Source of the DNA: Selaginella moellendorffii
Lineage: Eukaryota; Plantae; Lycopodiophyta
Assembly: GCF_000143415.4 (NCBI RefSeq)
Contig: NW_003314324.1
Location: 881,379-945,378, forward strand
Reading direction: 5' to 3'
DNA length: 64,000 nt
Shown: positions 59,380-64,000 of the stretch, piece after piece
Numbering within the stretch: the first letter of the stretch is position 1
Layout of the letters: each line of letters starts with the position of its first letter
Notes under the pieces: model-generated
What the model saw: only the letters and a program-made list of their open reading frames with translations
What the model was told of the DNA's origin: nothing
Databases searched by the model: none
Made by a program: the position numbers and the translations under genes

Positions 59380-62051
59380 GCATGTGAGATTCAATAGCTA
59401 CTACAGCTCTTTTATACCCTAGTCTTCTTTGGATTTGGCTTGATTCTCTTGTTTGTCATCAGAATTCTCAAATATTCCACCTCACTTGTGAAGAAAAGGC
59501 ATTTTTTTTCATTTTTGACTTATGCTTGTTCTACTCTAGAGCTTCCAATACTTGATCTGCATGCCCAAGATGATCCTCCATTGAATCTGAATGTACCAAA
59601 ATATCATTAAAGTAAGGATGAGCATAAGCATCATAAGGTGCCAAAATTCCATTCATCATCCTTTGAAATGTTGCTAGCAAATTACATAACTCGAATAATA
59701 TCTTGGTAAATTGAAATAAACCTTATTGAGTTGCAAAAGATGTCTTTTCCTTGCTACTTAGATGAAGTCCAACTTACAAATATGTAGAATGAAGACCAAT
59801 AAGCAAGAATACTTTATATTGCCTAATTCTGTCCAACATTGTGTTAACTCTTGGCATTGGATGAACATTTTTTGCTATAATGTCATTTAGTAGCTTATAA
59901 TTGACATACATCCATAAAGATCTGTCAGATTTCAGTGCTAGTACCACGAGAAAGCACCATAGCAAGTTTGAAGGTTCAATCACCCTTGCTCAAAGCATAT
60001 TATCCATTTTTTTGTTAATCACCTTTATTTCCACCTCAAAATACCTATATACTAACTTTTTGATTGAAGATGCCTCCCTTTTCTCAATCTTATGTTCAAC
60101 AAGTAGTGTTTTGCTAAGCTCCCATCTAGACTGATAGAATACTACTTGATGCCTTGCTAATATACTTTGTGCTTTCTAAATCACCTCTTAATTCACTATC
60201 TCCATCTTCCTAAATTGAATATTATTGAGGAATTGACTCATTTTGTCCTCCTCAGCTAGAGACTTTAGGCTCTTCTCCAATATTGCCTATTCTTCCTTGA
60301 GTTTAAATTATTGCAAAGACTTTCTATTTCCCTTTAGAAACCTCCATTTTATGTAGCTATCAAGGAATTTCATCCGAGGAAGCTTGGGAGAGCTGCTGCT
60401 TGGATTGCCTTCTCTATTGGAGTAAAGTTAATTATCCTACTAACCAAACACTTTGCATGCCCTTAGATGTTGTAGTGATTGTGGATCATCACTAGAATTT
60501 GTAGCTTCTCTTAAAGAAACAAAATACCTTCTTGTAAGGTTTCAAATATTCATCTAGTAAGAGATGAGCGTCCAAACCAAATAGGAGAAAGTAGCAATCT
60601 TGGTAGTTAACCATGACTCTCAAGAAAATCTCCTCTAGTCCTACTTGAATTGGAATTTTTGATGAATTCAAATGACTAAGTTGGTTCACTATTAGTTCCA
60701 AACATTGTACAAGGCCATTCAAATACTTAATCTTAAACCTCTTTACCACTTCATAGTTTAAGGCTGATTGATTTACACCAAAATCTAACAAAATCTCAAC
60801 CTTCATTCCAAAAATGATTACTTTCATCCTTTATGTGGATGCATCAGAGACTAATCTTTGAAAAGAGCAAAGATTCCACTCTTTTTCCCCTAAAACCTTT
60901 TCTAATCTATTTTGTCTCACCTTCTATCTTCATCCACTTGTTTTACCAACAATATTAATAGTTTTCTTCTCTCACCAGTTTTTAAAGTTCAATTGAATTG
61001 AATTGAATTGAAGATTTCTTTATGAACTTAGTCAAATTTGATATTTCCCTTTGGATCCTTGTTGAAATGATTTGATTTGCTTGATTTAACTTTCTTTTTA
61101 TTTAGAGCCTTTTTTTCTCATCCATTTTCTATTGCTACTCACAAATGTACATTAGATATAGAAAAGAATCTTCTTCTTCTTCTTTTTGAGAATCTTGTGC
61201 CTTTGCCTCTTCATGATCCTTTTACTGATCTAAATCCTTGGTTCCTACCATGTGATTTGCTAAACCAAATCAATAAGCAAATCTAATTCAATAAGCAATT
61301 CCTAGCCTAATAATCATCTTTTCCTCACTAAAAGCATTTCCTAGTTCTTAGAATCTCCAAATGCTTGATCCACCAGCTTCCTCCCAAAAGTTGCCATATA
61401 ATGATCCACCTTGGTAAGTTGAGACTTAAGCTCTATCATCAAGATTCATCTTTGTCAAAATATCCTCTTCCTTCTCACCTTTAGCTTGAGATTCCATTGT
61501 AGGGATGGAATCTTGTAGTGTATCTACTACTTGAATAACTCTCTAACCTCCAACTCTCGAGCATCTCTTACAGCATCTTGAAATATCTTAAGCAATTGAT
61601 TCTCCATCTTAGTGAACCTTGAGCCTGCTTATGCCAATCTGTAGTGTATGTGGTTTTTTACCCTTATTCTATGGTGATTTACCATAGGATAACCACGAAG
61701 CAGAATCTAAACCCTCTATGTGCCATGTGTCATATGCCATGTGTCCAAAGGATAGTGGTGTAGAACCCAAATTTCAATGCCCTTGGGCCACTAAATGAAA
61801 GAATAGTGCCAAACTCCCAAGAAATGGCACTAGAGCATGGAACGACTCCTAAGCGTATAGCTCAAAAAGCGAAAGAACAAGAGGGTGAAATAACTTGGAA
61901 TAGTTCTAGAGCATCCAACATCCCAATGTTAGGACCAACACGCAAAATGAAGCCAAATGAAGTCTAGTGCTATTTCAGCATACCAGTGGCCTAACGCGAG
62001 GATATGGGTACTCCACCAACTAGCATGGTGTGAAACTTGGGCTTAGACCCA
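59380..62051 (-). mobile_element. Degenerate Ty3/gypsy 5' half (LTR 61640-62051, gag, protease, RT)
   Basis: PBS-like TGGCATAAGCAGG. Protease VEILLDFGVN. RT IEPSN..W...VVLALKSDRSLWMYVNYKLLN...HPMP and PYFNDILVHS. Confidence 0.85.
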
Positions 62052-62103
62052 AGTCGAACGCAGAACTAGGACAGGCACACAAGTGGGAACTAAACTATGC
62101 TTT

Positions 62104-64000
62104 TGTCAAGACCCCCAACAAGATCAAGACTGGAAAATGCTAAAGACAAAGAGAAAAAGCTAGTGAAAACAAAGAAGAGGCCTTAGACTGGTGTTGATTC
62201 AGATTGTGGAGAAATAGAACAAGGCTAACCTATATATACTATAGGTTGATGAAGCTCCACCACTCTTGGATCGAGGACGGCCTAAATATAGCTGAGGTCG
62301 AGGAGGTGCCACATCATCATCAGGAATGTGGCTTGAGACTCAGGAATCGGGAACTGTCTCGAGACTCAGGAATCGGGAAGTGTCTCGAGAGTCAGGAATA
62401 GGGAAGTGTCTCGAGACTCAGGAATGTGGTCTGCAGGTCAGGAATCCGGCGAGAGTCAGGAATGTGGCAAGAATTGGGGGATTCCTGACAGCACCCCCTC
62501 CTCAAGAACGAGTGGAACGAGGATGTGAATGAGAACAAAGAGGAGGATGAGATGAGCAGCGAGGGATGGGAGAGGGAGAAAAAAAATGAGGACTGGGACG
62601 AGAAGGATAGCGGCGGTGGAAGTCCTGAACAAAGTCAGGAGAATGAATCAGGTTGTCCGCAGGTTCCCAAGTGCGTTCCTCAGGTCCGTAACCCTTCCAG
62701 TCCACCAGATAGTAGAGTTTAGACTGTGAAATCTTGGAATCAAGGATGTCTTGAACCTCGTACTCAGACCCATCCTCGAGCTGCACTGGTGGAGGCGGAG
62801 GAATGACCCGATTTGGAATAGGACTGGGAATATAAGGCTCAAGGAGAGAGGAGTGAAAAACGGGGTGAATTTGATATGAGGAGGGAAGTGCAAGGCGATA
62901 AGTGATAGGATTAATGATGGCAGTGATAGGGAAAGGACCAAGGTGTTTGAAATCGAGTTTTGGACAGGGCCTGGTGGTGGAGATATTTCGCCTGAGGAGC
63001 CAGACTTTATCCCCGATATTGTAAGGGGGACAATCCTGACGATGGACATTGGCAAATGTTTTATGAGATTCCTGAGCACGATGGAGGTGGAAGGAGATGG
63101 AGTTGTGGATTTCCTGGAGGTTGGAGATAAATGCCTCAGAGCGGGGATTTGAACGAGAGGATTCAGATGGAGAAGGAAGTGAGAGATTGAATCGGGGATT
63201 TCGGCCAGAGTTCGCAAAGAAGGGGGAAACTCGAAAAGAGGAGTGAACAGAGTTGTTATAGGAAAACTCAGCAAGGGGAAGGATATCGAACCAGTTATCC
63301 TGATGATAGTTGATGAAGCACCTCAAGAATTGTTCCAACGTCTGAATCGTTCGCTCGGACTGCCCATCAGTTTGAGGATGATATGCCGAAGAGAGGTTGG
63401 CCTTCACTCCAAGCAGCTGCAAAAACCGTTGCTAGAAATGAGAGATGAACTGAGGCCCCCGATCCGAAACCACATCTGTAGGAATCCCATGAAGTCGGAA
63501 AATTTCCCTGAATACCAGTTTTGCCACGTCCTCGCCCGAAAACTCCTTGGTACATGGCAAGAAGTGCGCCATTTTTGTGAAGCGATCCACCACGACTAAA
63601 ATGCTGTTGAAGCCTCCAGAACTCGGAAGATCACTCAAGAAATCCATGGAGATGGATTCCCAAGGACCTGAAGGGACCGGAAGGGAACGAAGCAAACCTG
63701 AAGGAAGGTGGCGAGGTACCTTATTCCGGGCACAAGTGTCATAGGAGGTAACAAAAGCTTTGATGTAGTCGTCCATGTGAGGCCACCAAAAGTCCTGTGC
63801 AACTAGCTCATAGGTTTTCGCAATGCCGAAGTGACCAACAGTCGGGCTATCATGGCACGCCATCAGGACCAACCTTCGAGCATCACCTTCAGGAACGTAA
63901 AGCTGCTCCCCACGATACAATAAGCCATTTAAGAACTCGAACTCGTCAAATCGCCGGCAGTCGGGAGTCACTGGGTGTCCAGCCTGAAGATGGGGGAAAA
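62104..64000 (-). mobile_element. Young chromovirus (Ty3/gypsy) 3' end, running off the window; 3' LTR 62104-62490
   Basis: LTR bounded by TGTCA...TGACA with internal ~26-bp tandem repeats, and a PPT GAGGAGGGGG next to it. Confidence 0.92.
62502..64000 (-). pseudogene. pol C-terminus: integrase (HHCC-like, DDE) and chromodomain, with one premature stop at 63432-63434
   Basis: CHDSPTVGHFG, WESISMDF, VVVDRFTK, VVSDRGPQFISHF*QRF, HPQTDGQSER, GPF, IHPVFH and YEVQDILDS...YLVDWKGYGPEERTWEP. Confidence 0.93.

Overview
Eukaryotic nuclear DNA from a land plant, most likely a spikemoss (Selaginella-like lycophyte). This is inferred from the ~50-60 bp introns, tightly packed genes, PLS-class PPR genes and a Tat retroelement with its extra RNase H upstream of RT. 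Positions 1-16 kb are a compact gene island: an NPF/PTR transporter, a small Cys-rich secreted peptide, a sphingomyelin-synthase-like (PLM-type) gene, two PPR genes, tRNA-Leu(CAA) plus a D-arm-deleted copy, and a BAHD protein with EXXXD instead of HXXXD. An AT-rich intronless bulb-lectin fusion ORF follows at 16.8-17.7 kb. Positions 18-64 kb are mostly nested transposons: several Ty3/gypsy relics, a young 7.56 kb LTR element with a decayed interior, two TRIM families (one a 5S-rRNA-bearing Cassandra type), a foldback MITE and captured gene fragments (RBOH, PPR). The main finding is at ~50.9-51.7 kb: a decayed, intron-split, prokaryote-type beta-class DNA amino-methyltransferase (N6A/N4C) gene, next to an array of six CpG-rich 22-bp palindromes. 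This looks like a methyltransferase-carrying mobile element. The second finding is sequence shared between the Cassandra TRIM and the larger LTR family. All homology calls come from motif recognition by eye; no database searches were run.
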